A stretch of 64,000 nucleotides of DNA from contig JAUIHS010000023.1 in the NCBI GenBank assembly GCA_030432255.1, positions 3,224 to 67,223 on the forward strand, written 5' to 3'. The notes below the pieces were generated by a model, which was not told where the DNA came from, searched no databases, and saw nothing but the letters and a program-made list of their open reading frames with translations. Source of the stretch: Phycisphaerae bacterium (GTDB taxonomy: Bacteria; Planctomycetota; Phycisphaerae; Phycisphaerales; UBA1924). The position numbers were made by a program, and so were the translations under genes. Shown here piece after piece: positions 19,657 through 30,000 of the stretch. Numbering within the stretch: position 1 is the first letter of the stretch; every line of letters starts with the position of its first letter.

Positions 19657-21408
19657 GTGTCGGATATCACCAGGTTCAGCGTGGCAGTTGTGTGCATGGG
19701 TGCGGTCGGATCGGCATGGGCCGGGACGGCGCAGCCCGTCTTTGTTGCTGCCGGCGGCCAGCAGGCGCAAGGACTTCCGGCCGGTGTCACGTACACGAGC
19801 GCGAGCGGTTCCCAGGACCTCAGCGCGCCCCGCGTCAACAACCTGGGCCAACTCTCTTTCTTCTACAAGGTCGTCGGATCAGGCATCGGCAGTGCGAACG
19901 ATGGTGTCATCTTTCGCGGCGGACTCGGAGCCATCGCGCCGACATTCCGTGAGGGCGATGCAGCGCCCGGAAGCCTCGGTGCCATCACGAGCTTTCGTAA
20001 CCACACGCTCAATGATGGCGGTATGGTGGCGGTGACCATGAACTACTCCGGTGGGCAGTCGATCGCCATCGATGACGGATCTGTCAAGAAGGCGCTGCTC
20101 TGGACAGGACGCCCGCTCCCGGACACCGCCGGGGCCAGTTTCACCACCTCCGTCTGTGCGCCGCATCTCAACACGGCCGGGACCGCTGTCTTCAAGGGTG
20201 ATGTCACCGGAACCTGGGTGGGGGACGCGATGTTTGCCGCGAATGACATGACCAACGTCACGTCAACCGTCCTTCCGGGCGCGCAGGCGCCGGGTCTGGA
20301 TCCGGGTGTCGGCTTCAACGGTTTCGATGACTTTGCCAGCGGCGCTCCCGCGATCAATGACAGCGGCGTTGTTGCGTTTACCCGCAAGCTTCAGGGGACG
20401 GGTGTTTCGTCGGCGAATGACGAAACCGCCTGGGTCGGCCCGCCCGGTGCGCCCTCACTCCTGGCGCGCGAGGGTGATCCCGCGGCGGGCATTCCGGGTG
20501 TGAACTACACCGATCTGGCTTATCTGTACAACATCACGATTGATGCTTCAGGCACAGCCGTCTTCACGGCGGGCCTGACAGGGACCGGTGTCAACTTCTT
20601 CAATGACCGCGCGGTCTTCTACGGAACACCGGGCAATGTGCATCTCCTGCTGCGGGAAGGACAGGCGATGCCGGACGGATTCCCAGCGGGCGCAGCGATC
20701 ATCGGGTTCCAGGACGCGGTGCGGAACGGCAACGGCATCTTCGCTGTGCATGCCGTCGCTGCGATCAACGGCGCGCTGGGCATTCACACCGGTAACAATG
20801 ATGCGATCTATGTCGGGACCCCCGGCAATCTCAAGCTTGTCTTTCGGGAAGGTGTTCAGGCACCGGGAATGGACGCCGGTGTCATCGCGGGAGCACCGCA
20901 GAGTCTGTACCTGAACTCACGTGGCGAGGTCTTCACCTGGACACTGCTCTCAGGCCCCGGCATCACCACGGCGAACAGGCAGCTTGCCTACGTCGCGGGT
21001 CCGAACGGCAATGCGTTCCCCGTCTTCCAGTCGGGTGGCAATGTTGAAGTTGCCCCGGGTGACAATCGGATGATCCAGAGCGTCCGGTTCCTCGGTGACA
21101 ATGATGGCAGTCCGATATCCAATGGTGAGGATGGGCGTCCGACATGTTTCAATGACAGTGGTCGGCTGGCCTTCCAGGCCTTCTTCGTCGGCGGAGGTGC
21201 GGGTCAGGCGTACATCGATGTGGTGTACCCCGATGCCTGTGCTGCGGATATTGACGGCAGCAACCAGGTCGACTTTGCGGACCTGAACGTGGTGCTGGAG
21301 GAGTGGGGAACGGCGGGGCCGGCGGGTGACATTGATGGATCGGGCCTCGTGGACTTCGCGGATCTGAACACGCTTCTGAACGGCTGGGGCAGTTCCTGCA
21401 CGCCCTGA
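19657..21408 (+). CDS. Secreted NxxGxxAF-type tandem-repeat protein with C-terminal dockerin-like module (paralogue 2)
   Basis: Track ORF 19573..21408. The likely start is GTG 19657, which has GGAGA 8 nt upstream and gives SDITRFSVAVVCMGAVGSAWAG. Repeats: VNNLGQLSFFY, LNDGGMVAVT, LNTAGTAVFKG, INDSGVVAFTR, IDASGTAVFTA, FNDSGRLAFQA. The protein ends CAADIDGSNQVDFADLNVVLEEWG...GDIDGSGLVDFADLNTLLNGWGSSCTP. Confidence 0.85.
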   Translation: MSDITRFSVAVVCMGAVGSAWAGTAQPVFVAAGGQQAQGLPAGVTYTSASGSQDLSAPRVNNLGQLSFFYKVVGSGIGSANDGVIFRGGLGAIAPTFREGDAAPGSLGAITSFRNHTLNDGGMVAVTMNYSGGQSIAIDDGSVKKALLWTGRPLPDTAGASFTTSVCAPHLNTAGTAVFKGDVTGTWVGDAMFAANDMTNVTSTVLPGAQAPGLDPGVGFNGFDDFASGAPAINDSGVVAFTRKLQGTGVSSANDETAWVGPPGAPSLLAREGDPAAGIPGVNYTDLAYLYNITIDASGTAVFTAGLTGTGVNFFNDRAVFYGTPGNVHLLLREGQAMPDGFPAGAAIIGFQDAVRNGNGIFAVHAVAAINGALGIHTGNNDAIYVGTPGNLKLVFREGVQAPGMDAGVIAGAPQSLYLNSRGEVFTWTLLSGPGITTANRQLAYVAGPNGNAFPVFQSGGNVEVAPGDNRMIQSVRFLGDNDGSPISNGEDGRPTCFNDSGRLAFQAFFVGGGAGQAYIDVVYPDACAADIDGSNQVDFADLNVVLEEWGTAGPAGDIDGSGLVDFADLNTLLNGWGSSCTP

Positions 21409-21495
21409 TTCGCGATATTGGCCTTGGGATACTGTTGGGGGGGCGATTACACTCGTGGTTGCGGCGGGTGGACTGAAGGTGTGGACTTGAGGAGG

Positions 21496-23247
21496 ATGCA
21501 GATGCTGAGGCAGCAGTGTGCCGGTGGTGTGTTTTTCGGCCTGATCGCGGCTCTGCAAGCCGCGGCGGGTATGCCCGAACCCTTCGTAGTCATCGCGACC
21601 GGTGACCAGGCGCCCGGATTCAATCCGGGGGTGACCATGAGCGCGGCGATCAATCCACCTCTCATCGAGCCGCCGCGGATGAATGGTGCCGGGCAGGTCT
21701 CCTTCCTGATCCATGTGACAGGCCCTGGTATCGGCAGTTCGAATGACCTCGTGATCTACGCGGGACCGCCGGAGAGCCCGATGGTTGTGACACGGGAAGG
21801 GAGCGCGGCTCCGGGAATCGGGGCATCAATCACGTCACTTCGAGAGCACGTCTTCGGTGACAATGGTGCGGTCGGCGTGCCGGTGCTGACGGCCGCCGGA
21901 TTCGCGATCCTGGTCGGACCTCCGGGCGGGCTGGACGCGGTCACCTGGGCGGGGCAGCCTCTTCCGGGCCTGGTGGGTACCAACTGGCAGTCATTCACCG
22001 GCGGAGCGATGGTCCTGAACGGCCAGGGTATCGCAGCATTCAACGGAACATCCTCAGGTGGGATCGCTGAGCCGGGCGTCTTTGCCGGCGCCGTGGGTGC
22101 TGATCTCGCGACCATTCTGCTTCGCGGCTTCGACGCACCGGGGCTTCCCGGGGTTGAGTTCAAGGACTTCATCGGCAACAGCACGAATGCGCCGCTGGTG
22201 ATCAACGACTCCGGTACCGTGTTTTTTACGCGGGATCTGCAGGGTGCAGGCGTCAACTCCATCAATGACCAGAGTCTCTGGATCGGTCCCCCCGGCGGAC
22301 TGGAACTGCTCGCGCGTGAAGGCGATGCGATTGACGACATCCCGGGATACCAGTACATCGAACTTGAAGACACGCTGTTCAGTTCGATTGATGCCGATGG
22401 CAATGCGCTCTTCAATGCCAAGATGTGGGGTCCCGGCGTCAGCACCGCGAACGATGTCGCATACTTCCGCGGGACTCCGGGGAACATCAGCCTCGTGGTG
22501 CGCGAAGGTCAGGGCATGCCGGACGGCTTCCCGGGTGGTGCGGTCATTGGCGGCATCAACAGCGTGCAGGCCAATTCCTCAGGTGTGCATGCGATGCACC
22601 TGCTGGCTGCGACCAACGCCGGCCTCGGTATCAATATCGGAAACAACGATGCGCTCTTCGTGGGTACGCCGGGGGATTACCACATGGTGTTCCGCGAGGG
22701 ATTCCAGGCGCCCGGTATGGCAGCCGGCATCAACACGGGGCGTCCGGAGTCAGTCTTCATGAACTCCGACGGCCGCGTCTTCACGTGGGCATACATCGGT
22801 GGCCCGGGCGTAACCGCATCCAACAACCAGTTGTTCTATGTCATCGAGCCGGACGGGAGCGCCACGCCGGTCTTCCGGACCGGTGGGCAGGTCGAGGTGG
22901 CTCGAGGAGAGACGCGTACCATCAACATGGCGCGAATCCTCAGCAATGCGCTTCCACTGAGCAATGGCGAAGACGGACGGGCAACGTGCTTCAGCGACAC
23001 CGGGCGCATTGCTCTGCACGTTCTCTTTGCAGAAGGCGGAAGTGCCATCATCACGGTCGATGCGCCGCCGCCGCCCGGGCCCTGTGCGGACATCGACGGA
23101 GGCGGAACCGTGGACTTCCCCGACCTGAACGAACTGCTCGATCAGTGGGGCACCGCCGGTCCCGAAGGCGATGTCGACAACTCGGGCGCGGTCGACTTCG
23201 TCGACCTGAACATCCTGCTCGATCAGTGGGGAACGACCTGCCCGTAG
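21496..23247 (+). CDS. Secreted NxxGxxAF-type tandem-repeat protein with C-terminal dockerin-like module (paralogue 3)
   Basis: Track ORF 21418..23247. The start is ATG 21496 or 21502, just after GGAGG at 21491-21495, giving M(QM)LRQQCAGGVFFGLIAALQAAAG. It is colinear with paralogue 2 (LLAREGD..., FREGxQAPGM, SNGEDGRxTCF). The protein ends CADIDGGGTVDFPDLNELLDQWG...GDVDNSGAVDFVDLNILLDQWGTTCP. Confidence 0.85.
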   Translation: MQMLRQQCAGGVFFGLIAALQAAAGMPEPFVVIATGDQAPGFNPGVTMSAAINPPLIEPPRMNGAGQVSFLIHVTGPGIGSSNDLVIYAGPPESPMVVTREGSAAPGIGASITSLREHVFGDNGAVGVPVLTAAGFAILVGPPGGLDAVTWAGQPLPGLVGTNWQSFTGGAMVLNGQGIAAFNGTSSGGIAEPGVFAGAVGADLATILLRGFDAPGLPGVEFKDFIGNSTNAPLVINDSGTVFFTRDLQGAGVNSINDQSLWIGPPGGLELLAREGDAIDDIPGYQYIELEDTLFSSIDADGNALFNAKMWGPGVSTANDVAYFRGTPGNISLVVREGQGMPDGFPGGAVIGGINSVQANSSGVHAMHLLAATNAGLGINIGNNDALFVGTPGDYHMVFREGFQAPGMAAGINTGRPESVFMNSDGRVFTWAYIGGPGVTASNNQLFYVIEPDGSATPVFRTGGQVEVARGETRTINMARILSNALPLSNGEDGRATCFSDTGRIALHVLFAEGGSAIITVDAPPPPGPCADIDGGGTVDFPDLNELLDQWGTAGPEGDVDNSGAVDFVDLNILLDQWGTTCP

Positions 23248-23250
23248 GCG

Positions 23251-24609
23251 TCAGCCGACTGTCTTTCGCGACGCCTTCACCGGGGTCCGGCCCACGGAGT
23301 AGTACGTGAAGCCGAGGCGCTCCATCTGGTCACGCTTGTAGAGATTGCGGCCGTCGAAGATGACGGGTGAGGACAACAGGGCCTTGATCTTCTCGAAGTC
23401 GGGCGTCTTGAACTCGTCCCAGTCCGTCGAGATGACGAGGGCATCGCAGCCGCGAAGCGTCTCGTACATGCCGTCAGAGATCTCGAAGCGACCCGGGTTC
23501 TCCTTCTCGACATTGTCCGCAGCCACGGGGTCGAAGCCCCGGCAGCGTGCGCCCGCTTCCACCGACCAGTTCATGAGGCTGACGGCGGGAGCCTCGCGGA
23601 TGTCATCGGTGCGCGGCTTGAATGCCATGCCCCAGAAGGCGAGCGACTTGCCTGAGAGTCCACCTTCATCCTCGAAGTGATGCACGATCTTGGAGAAGAA
23701 GTTGCGGCGCTGCCGCTGGTTGACGTCATGCACGGCCTGCGACAGTTGTGTGTCGATCTCCGAGTGACGACCCATCATGATGCAGGCCAGCGTGTCCTTG
23801 GGGAAGCAGGAGCCGCCGTAACCGAGGCCGGGGTACAGAAACTGGTTGCCGATGCGCTTGTCGGCGCACATGCCCTCGCGGACCCGGTTGATGTTGGCGC
23901 CGTATGCCTCGCAGAGGGTTGCCATCTCATTGATGAAGGAGATCTTGGTGGCGAGGAAGTTGTTGGAGGCGTACTTCACCATCTCCGCGGAGAGGACGTC
24001 CATCAGGTAAATGGGGTGACCCTGACGCACGAAGGGTTCGTACAACTCGTGCATCAGCGCACCGGTGTGCTCATCCTCAACGCCGACGACCACGCGGTCG
24101 GGCTTGTTGAAGTCGCTGATGGCATCACCTTCCTTCAGGAACTCCGGATTGTCGGCCACCGAGAAGGGAAGATCTCCCACGATCTCGCGGATCCGGTCAC
24201 GCACCTTGAAGGTGGTGCCCACCGGAACGGTCGACTTCACGACGATGACCTTCGGCTCCTGGTTCGGGCCGAGAGACTTGATCATGTTGCCGATGTCTTC
24301 AGCGGCGGACATGACATAGGAGAGATCCGTCTCGCCCGCCTCGCCCGTCGGTGTGCCGACGCAGATGAAGATCATCTGGGCGTCCCGGTAGGACTCCTCG
24401 CGATCAGTCGAGAAGGCAAGGCGACCCGCCTTGACGTTGCGCTCCATGAGTTCGGTCAGGCCCGGCTCGTAGATGGGGCAACCACCATTGTTCAGCGTGT
24501 CAATCTTGCTCTGATCCACGTCAAAGCAGATGACGTCGTTGCCGGTGTTGCTCAGGCAGACGCCAGTGACCAGTCCAACATAGCCGGTACCCACCATAGT
24601 CAGTCGCAT
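23251..24609 (-). CDS. ugd: UDP-glucose 6-dehydrogenase
   Basis: 452 aa. MVGTGYVGLVTG is the NAD-binding fold and GYGGSCFPKD carries the catalytic Cys. Overall colinearity fits the UDP-glucose/GDP-mannose dehydrogenase family. Confidence 0.95.
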   Translation of the reverse strand: MRLTMVGTGYVGLVTGVCLSNTGNDVICFDVDQSKIDTLNNGGCPIYEPGLTELMERNVKAGRLAFSTDREESYRDAQMIFICVGTPTGEAGETDLSYVMSAAEDIGNMIKSLGPNQEPKVIVVKSTVPVGTTFKVRDRIREIVGDLPFSVADNPEFLKEGDAISDFNKPDRVVVGVEDEHTGALMHELYEPFVRQGHPIYLMDVLSAEMVKYASNNFLATKISFINEMATLCEAYGANINRVREGMCADKRIGNQFLYPGLGYGGSCFPKDTLACIMMGRHSEIDTQLSQAVHDVNQRQRRNFFSKIVHHFEDEGGLSGKSLAFWGMAFKPRTDDIREAPAVSLMNWSVEAGARCRGFDPVAADNVEKENPGRFEISDGMYETLRGCDALVISTDWDEFKTPDFEKIKALLSSPVIFDGRNLYKRDQMERLGFTYYSVGRTPVKASRKTVG

Positions 24610-24663
24610 CGTTCAAACTCTCCTGATGGCCGGCGGGCACGCCGCGGCCGTAGCTGTCGTCGT

Positions 24664-25641
24664 TCAATAGTTGGGCGTCGGTGCCCGGTAGTGGCTGAGG
24701 TCAATGGAACGGAACCATTCGATGGTCTTCGCGAGGCCGTCGCGGAGCGGCACCTTCGGTTCCCATCCGTTCAACTTGTCCTTCGCGACGCTGATATCCG
24801 GCTGGCGCTGCAGCGGGTCATCAGCCGGAAGCGGCAGCGTCACCATCTTCGACCTGGATCCGGTCAGTTCGATCACGATCTCGGCGAGTTCCTTGATGGT
24901 GAATTCACCGGGGTTGCCGATGTTCACGGGGCCGACGAAGTCGTCGGAGCCATCCATCATCCGGATGATGCCTTCCACGAGATCATCGCGGTAGCAGAAG
25001 GAGCGCGTCTGTGAGCCGTCACCGAAGATCGTGATGTCTTCGTTGTTCAGCGCCTGGCGGATGAAGTTGGAGACCACGCGCCCGTCGTACGGATGCATGC
25101 GGGGTCCGTAAGTGTTGAAGATGCGGACGATCCGGATGTTCAGCTTGTTCATCCGGTGGTAGTCCATGAAGAGGGTCTCAGCGCAACGCTTGCCCTCGTC
25201 GTAGCACGCCCTTGGCCCGATCGTGTTCACCGCGCCGCGGTAGCTCTCCGGCTGGGGATGAACCTCCGGGTCGCCGTACACCTCGCTGGTCGAAGCCTGC
25301 AGGATCTTCGCACCGCAGCGCTTGGCCATGCCGAGCATGTTGATGGAACCGATGACCGAAGTCTTGGTCGTCTTGATCGGGTTGTACTGGTAATGTCCGG
25401 GGGCCGCCGGGCATGCCATGTTGTAGATCTCGTCCACTTCCAGCCAGATCGGATGCACGATGTCATGGCGCAGGAGTTCGAAGTTCCGGCAGTCCAGCAG
25501 GTGCTCGACGTTGGACTTCTGGCTGGTGAAGAAGTTGTCCATGCAGATGACGTCGTGACCCGCCTCCACGAGACGCTCACACATGTGCGAGCCGAGGAAG
25601 CCGGCGCCCCCTGTGACGAGAATCCGCTTGATCTGTGACAT
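24664..25641 (-). CDS. UDP-glucuronate decarboxylase (UDP-xylose synthase), SDR family
   Basis: Track ORF 24664..25731, trimmed to ATG 25641 ([24 protein letters not shown]). Motifs: DNFFTS...NV, the YDEGKR catalytic Y-x-x-x-K, and [10 protein letters not shown]. These are typical of UXS. Confidence 0.9.
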   Translation of the reverse strand: MSQIKRILVTGGAGFLGSHMCERLVEAGHDVICMDNFFTSQKSNVEHLLDCRNFELLRHDIVHPIWLEVDEIYNMACPAAPGHYQYNPIKTTKTSVIGSINMLGMAKRCGAKILQASTSEVYGDPEVHPQPESYRGAVNTIGPRACYDEGKRCAETLFMDYHRMNKLNIRIVRIFNTYGPRMHPYDGRVVSNFIRQALNNEDITIFGDGSQTRSFCYRDDLVEGIIRMMDGSDDFVGPVNIGNPGEFTIKELAEIVIELTGSRSKMVTLPLPADDPLQRQPDISVAKDKLNGWEPKVPLRDGLAKTIEWFRSIDLSHYRAPTPNY

Positions 25642-25946
25642 GTGTCGTTCCGGGTTCGGGCCGAGCTGCGGGCCGACAACGGGGCCGTTTCGCCGTCGGC
25701 CCGCGGCGAAAGGGGAATCATGGTAGTACATGACATAACGCCATGCACTGAGCAGAAGTTCAAGAGAAGGTCACATTCGGAGCCACCTCCTGCCTGCCCC
25801 TGCCCTCGGTCTATCGGCCAATCAGGAGCCGGTCCGAAGTGCCGTCGGGCTGCTTCCTGCCCCTTCCGATCCCATTCCGTGAGACCCCCGGTGCCGATAC
25901 GCCCGATAGACTCTCCGGCGACCAACCCAGAACTCATGAACACAGA

Positions 25947-27005
25947 ATGAACACGGACCAAACAAAACAGCGAACGGCTTTGATCACCGGGATCACGGGG
26001 CAGGACGGCAGCTATCTCGCCGAGTTCCTGCTCGCAAAGGACTACCAGGTCCACGGCCTGATCCGTCGGTCATCCACCTTCAATACCCGGCGCATCGATC
26101 ACATCTACGAGGACATCCACGAGCGCGGCCGCCACCTCACGCTCCACTACGCCGACATCACCGATGCCAACTCCCTCGCGTGCCTCATCCGCGCCATCGA
26201 GCCGGATGAGGTCTACAACCTCGCTGCCCAGAGCCACGTCCGTGTCAGTTTCGACATGCCCATCTTCACTGCGGAAACGGCCGCCATGGGGGCGCTCAAG
26301 CTCCTGGAAGCCGTCCGTGAGTATGAGAAGAATCAGGGCAAGCGCGTTCGGTACTACCAGGCGTCAAGCTCCGAGATGTATGGCAAGGTGCGCGAGACGC
26401 CCCAGAGCGAGGAGACGCCCTTCCATCCGCGTTCGCCGTACGGCTGCGCGAAAGTCTTCGCGCATTGGGCCACGGTCAACTACCGTGAGTCGTACGACAT
26501 GCACTGCTCCTGCGGCATCCTCTTCAATCATGAGTCGCCGCGGCGGGGCGAGACGTTCGTAACGCGCAAGATCACGCGAGCCGCCTGTCGCATCAAGCTT
26601 GGTCTCCAGGACAAACTCTACCTCGGCAACCTCGACGCTCAGCGCGACTGGGGATTTGCCGGTGATTACGTCGAGGCCATGTGGCTGATGCTCCAGCAGG
26701 AGCAGCCGGACGACTACGTCATCGCAACCGGTCAGAGCACCAGCGTGCGCGACTTCCTGCAGCGCGTCTTCAGCAGTCTCGATCTCGACCCGGACCAGCA
26801 TGTCGTCATTGATCCGCGCTACTACCGCCCCGCCGAAGTCGATCTCCTCCTCGGAGATCCCTCCCGGGCGAAGGAGCACCTCGGCTGGACGCCGAAGGTC
26901 GACCTCGACGGCCTCGTCCGGATGATGGTGGACTCGGACATGGAACTCGCGCGACGCGAAGAGACACTCAGGAAGGCCGGACACGCCCTTCGCGGCGGCG
27001 CGTAA
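25947..27005 (+). CDS. gmd: GDP-mannose 4,6-dehydratase
   Basis: Track ORF 25839..27005, trimmed to ATG 25947. Motifs: [84 protein letters not shown]. Confidence 0.95.
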   Translation: MNTDQTKQRTALITGITGQDGSYLAEFLLAKDYQVHGLIRRSSTFNTRRIDHIYEDIHERGRHLTLHYADITDANSLACLIRAIEPDEVYNLAAQSHVRVSFDMPIFTAETAAMGALKLLEAVREYEKNQGKRVRYYQASSSEMYGKVRETPQSEETPFHPRSPYGCAKVFAHWATVNYRESYDMHCSCGILFNHESPRRGETFVTRKITRAACRIKLGLQDKLYLGNLDAQRDWGFAGDYVEAMWLMLQQEQPDDYVIATGQSTSVRDFLQRVFSSLDLDPDQHVVIDPRYYRPAEVDLLLGDPSRAKEHLGWTPKVDLDGLVRMMVDSDMELARREETLRKAGHALRGGA

Positions 27006-27008
27006 CCC

Positions 27009-30000
27009 TCAACTATCGCTGCAGATTGCTCCCCACGACTCCAGCAGCACCTCGAGGTCGGCAAAGTCCACAAAGCCGGAGAAATTGACGTCGCCCTCGC
27101 TCCCCGGCGCCACCGTCTGACCCCAGCCCTCAAGCAGGATCTCAAGGTCAGCGAAGTTGACGCTGCCGTCATCGTTCGCATCACCTTCACACAGGAAGCC
27201 CGCTCCGTTGAGAAGGACTGCAATCGTGTCATCGTCCGGTTCGCCGCCGCGATCCGCTCCGCTCGATGACCGGGCTCCATCTGAATCGTTGACCGTGATC
27301 AGGTCCGCCTGTCCATCGCCATCAACGTCTCCCGCATCAACAAACAGGTAGTTGGCACCGGATGCCACCGTGCCGATGTTCGTGAACGCTGCCACGGTGG
27401 CCGTTGAGTCGTTGCGCAGCACGGTGATGTAGCCGTCTCCAGCGCCATCCTCGAGAACGACCGCAAGATCAAGGTCACCGACGCCCCGGGCGCCATCCTG
27501 ATCGAGATCAACTGCAACGATGGAGCGCACCGGATCATCGAGAACGAACTCCGAAGCGCCCGTGGTATCCAGAGTGGTTCCGCTGGTGCGATTCAGAATG
27601 ACCGACACCGACTGCCCGTCACGATTGCCCGTCACGATGTCAGGCAGGTTGTCGCCATTGAGATCGTCCGACTGCAGTTGAGCCGGGAAGGAACCCACGT
27701 CGATCAGGCGCTGCTCGGAGAAGGAGGGGCTGCCCGTCAGTTCGTTCAGGAAGATCGCAACCTTTCGCGGCCCGCGTCCCGCAATCGCCAGATCCGGATC
27801 CTTGTCATTGTCGAAGTCACCCGGATCCAGATCGCCGGGGTCATCATTGGCCGCGAAGACCATCGGCGCACCGAACGCGACGGTCCGCGTGACGAGCGAT
27901 GTCTGGTTGATGAGCACCGTCAGCAGCCCGAGACCCGCGGGCGAACCCAGTCCGAGCGTGTTGTCGAACGTCAGTCCCGTCAATGCGACATCGTCGTCAC
28001 CATCCATGTCCGCATCGAAGACGATCAGTGATCTGCCGTCGTCAGCGACCCCGTTGATCACGGCTTCCTCGGTGAGCAGGCCGACACCGTTGTTCGTGAG
28101 GATGCTGACCGAGTCATCGCCACGATTGAGCACCGCAACATCGAGCCCGGGATTGTCATCAAGTTGCCCGATGTCGAGACTGATCGGGTCGACACCGACG
28201 GCGTACTGGGCCGCGGATCCCCACCCGTTCCACGCCCCGGCAGTCGTGCCGCCGTTGTACAGCACGAGCACTGAGCCCGGGGACCCCGGGGTATCGCCCG
28301 GGATCGTGACGGCGAGGTCCGTGTGACCGTCGCCGTTCAGGTCTCCCACCGCAGTATCCGTGGCGAGTCCGTCGATGGAATAGGTTCCTGCGCTGCTGAA
28401 GTCGATCCGGGCCCCGAGCGTATCAACGATCAGGAAGACGTTGTACTGCGTCGTGCCTCGAGTCGGCGGGTCATAGTCATACACCACGCGGAAGAACTTG
28501 CCACCCGGCAGGCCGGGGAGGAACGCCACATCGAAGGTGCCCGTCCGGTCGAATGCGACGCGAATGATCTCGTAGATCGTGCCCACCGACGGGTTCAGGC
28601 CCGGGGCTGCCCGAACGGTCAGGGAGCCCTCGTCCAGATCCGCTTCGGGTCCGAGGTTCAGAACATCATGACTGCCGGTGATCGATCCCGGTGGAGGCGG
28701 ACTGCTGCTGATGAGGTCGATCGTGATGTCACCGATGGTCTCGCGTCCGAAGGGGTCGATGAATCGACCGACGTAGTTGTGGTTGACGGTGAGCCAGCCA
28801 CCGGTGCCGATGCCGGCGGGGTTGATGCTGCCGCCATTCTCGATATCGATGTCGATGGTCCCGTTGCCACCGAGCGTACCCAGTTCACCGACCTGCAACG
28901 TCTGCCCCGGCGTCGAGTAGAGGTGGCTGAGATCAAACTGAAAGCGGGCCGGGGTCTGCGACCAGACGCCGATCTGCAGCGGTCCGCCATACACATCACC
29001 TGTCAGAGTCATCTCGTTGATCGCTCCAACGAAGTGGAGCGATCCGTTGTCAATCCGGAGGCCGGCGAACTCAACGTCATCGGGCGCATACACGCTGCCA
29101 TCAATACCGTCGACCACGGCATTCGAACCCGGCGGCGGCGGGCCGGGCGACCAGGCACCCGGCATGGACCATTCGGCCAGTTCGGTGGCGATCCACGTGC
29201 TGTGTGTCGGACCGCCGACCGCCTCGAACGCACCGGCGTCGATGCGCCCGTTGCGCAGGCGCTCATTGTCGGCCAGGTCGACGGGATGAAACTCAGCGAA
29301 ATCCCCATCCTGATCGAGATCGAAGTCATCCCGGCGGATGATCAACTTCTCCGCATCACCGATGTCGATGCAGGCACTGGCGCCCGTCAGGTTGAAGTCC
29401 TCGTCACCCGTCCCCGGCATGCCGTCCAGGCCCAGGGCATCGACAAACCCCGGGTCACTCGTGATGTTGCCCGCGCCATCCGGCCACGGCCAGCCATCCT
29501 GGATGCACGAGTTGTTCATGGTCACCGATCCGATCGAGGACGCGTAGATATTGACCTGGTCAGTACCCGGCGGCTCAGCGACACAGATGTCCGGCCGATT
29601 CTCACAGTCGCAGATGTCGAATTCCGGATCACAGCCACAGTCCCAGGGGAAGATCTGGCACTCCTCCGGCAGCACGAGGAAGTGATCCTCGTTGCCCCAG
29701 ACGATGCAGTTCTCGATGCGCGTGTTGGACTGGTGCTGATTGATGGACAGGCCGCCGCCCGCCGAACTCGCGACGTTGTCCACCACCGTGCAGTTGACGA
29801 TGTCAGCCTGGACGAACGTGCCGATGTGAATGCCGCTTCCGGCGTTGCGGGCCACAAGGCAGTTGTACGTCCGCAGGAACGCACCGTTGAAGGCGAACAG
29901 GCCCGGACCCGCGTTGTCCGTGATCCTGCAGTTGATGCACTCGATGTAGCCGTAGTCAAAGACGTACGCGGCACCCACCCCCGAATTCCCGACGAAGTCA

